A stretch of 64,000 nt of DNA. Origin: a virus. The notes beneath the pieces are model-generated. The model was not told the origin of the DNA, did no database searches, and worked only from the letters and a program-made list of their open reading frames with translations. The stretch is taken from the IMG/VR virus record IMGVR_UViG_3300003690_000003, positions 1 through 64,000 of that record; one strand, 5' to 3'. This document shows positions 63,704-64,000 of the stretch, piece by piece (within the stretch, counting starts at the first letter, position 1; the number at the start of each line of letters is the position of its first letter). A program made the translations under genes and the position numbers.

Positions 63704-64000
63704 TTAGTCTGGTCTTCCAGGTATATTTTCCACACCAGCTGCGAGCCCAGGCACCGCACCGGTACCAGTTAGAGTCGCCGCAGCATCTCCTGCGGCCTCT
63801 AGAGTGGACTGGTCGCCCTTGAGGGCCCCGGCCTCGACTGTATCGTCAGCCGGGGACACCGGTGCTGACGCGGCCGTGTCACTCAAAGTTGTGCCATACC
63901 CATACGGGTAATCAGCGGTTTGTCCAAAAGTAATGGTATTTGTTCCACTGAAGGCGTCGTCGCGATTCCACGTCCAGCCCACTTTCGCATTTTCATGCAG
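63704..64000 (-). CDS. C-terminal part of a structural protein (5' end outside window)
   Basis: Frame open to window edge (LHENAKVGWTW...YPYG). Confidence 0.5.
   Translation of the reverse strand: MHENAKVGWTWNRDDAFSGTNTITFGQTADYPYGYGTTLSDTAASAPVSPADDTVEAGALKGDQSTLEAAGDAAATLTGTGAVPGLAAGVENIPGRPD

Noticed and set aside
1-64000. Stop-codon reassignment (alternative genetic code)
   Set aside because: Core genes are full length in the standard code, and TAA, TAG and TGA all terminate genes.

Overview
This 64 kb window looks like part of a large (jumbo-type) tailed phage genome, with essentially all real genes on the minus strand. The left 23 kb is an accessory/early region. It is dominated by about 40 short (50-95 aa) paralogous genes with the pattern MK(I/V)GDLV...G(I/L)(I/V)...(V/I)xW...LE(V/L)(I/V)S, probably a KOW/SH3/Tudor-like beta-barrel. 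Many of these genes are chained head-to-tail by a repeated junction, RTGAAAATCGGTGA, that encodes the end of one gene (ENR*) and the start of the next (MKIGD) in another frame. The clusters are driven by sigma70-type promoters, often leaderless, and many carry a conserved quasi-palindromic 23-bp box. This region also holds a MoxR-type AAA plus vWA/metallopeptidase pair, three tRNAs (Ile-UAU, Leu-CAA, Lys-UUU), an HNH nuclease, thyX and a candidate structured ncRNA. The right 41 kb carries chaperone and protease genes (Hsp20, GroEL, GroES-like, two ClpP-like), nucleotide metabolism (GuaB/GuaC, PurA, dUTPase, class II RNR, deaminase) and IscU. It also has replication genes (DnaE, DnaB-like helicase, 5'-3' exonuclease, stand-alone PolA domain, RecA, gp32-like SSB), two adenine MTases (one next to an EcoRI-like endonuclease), a divergent tubulin/FtsZ-like protein and the start of a tail/baseplate block. 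All product calls come from motif recognition by eye; no database searches were run.
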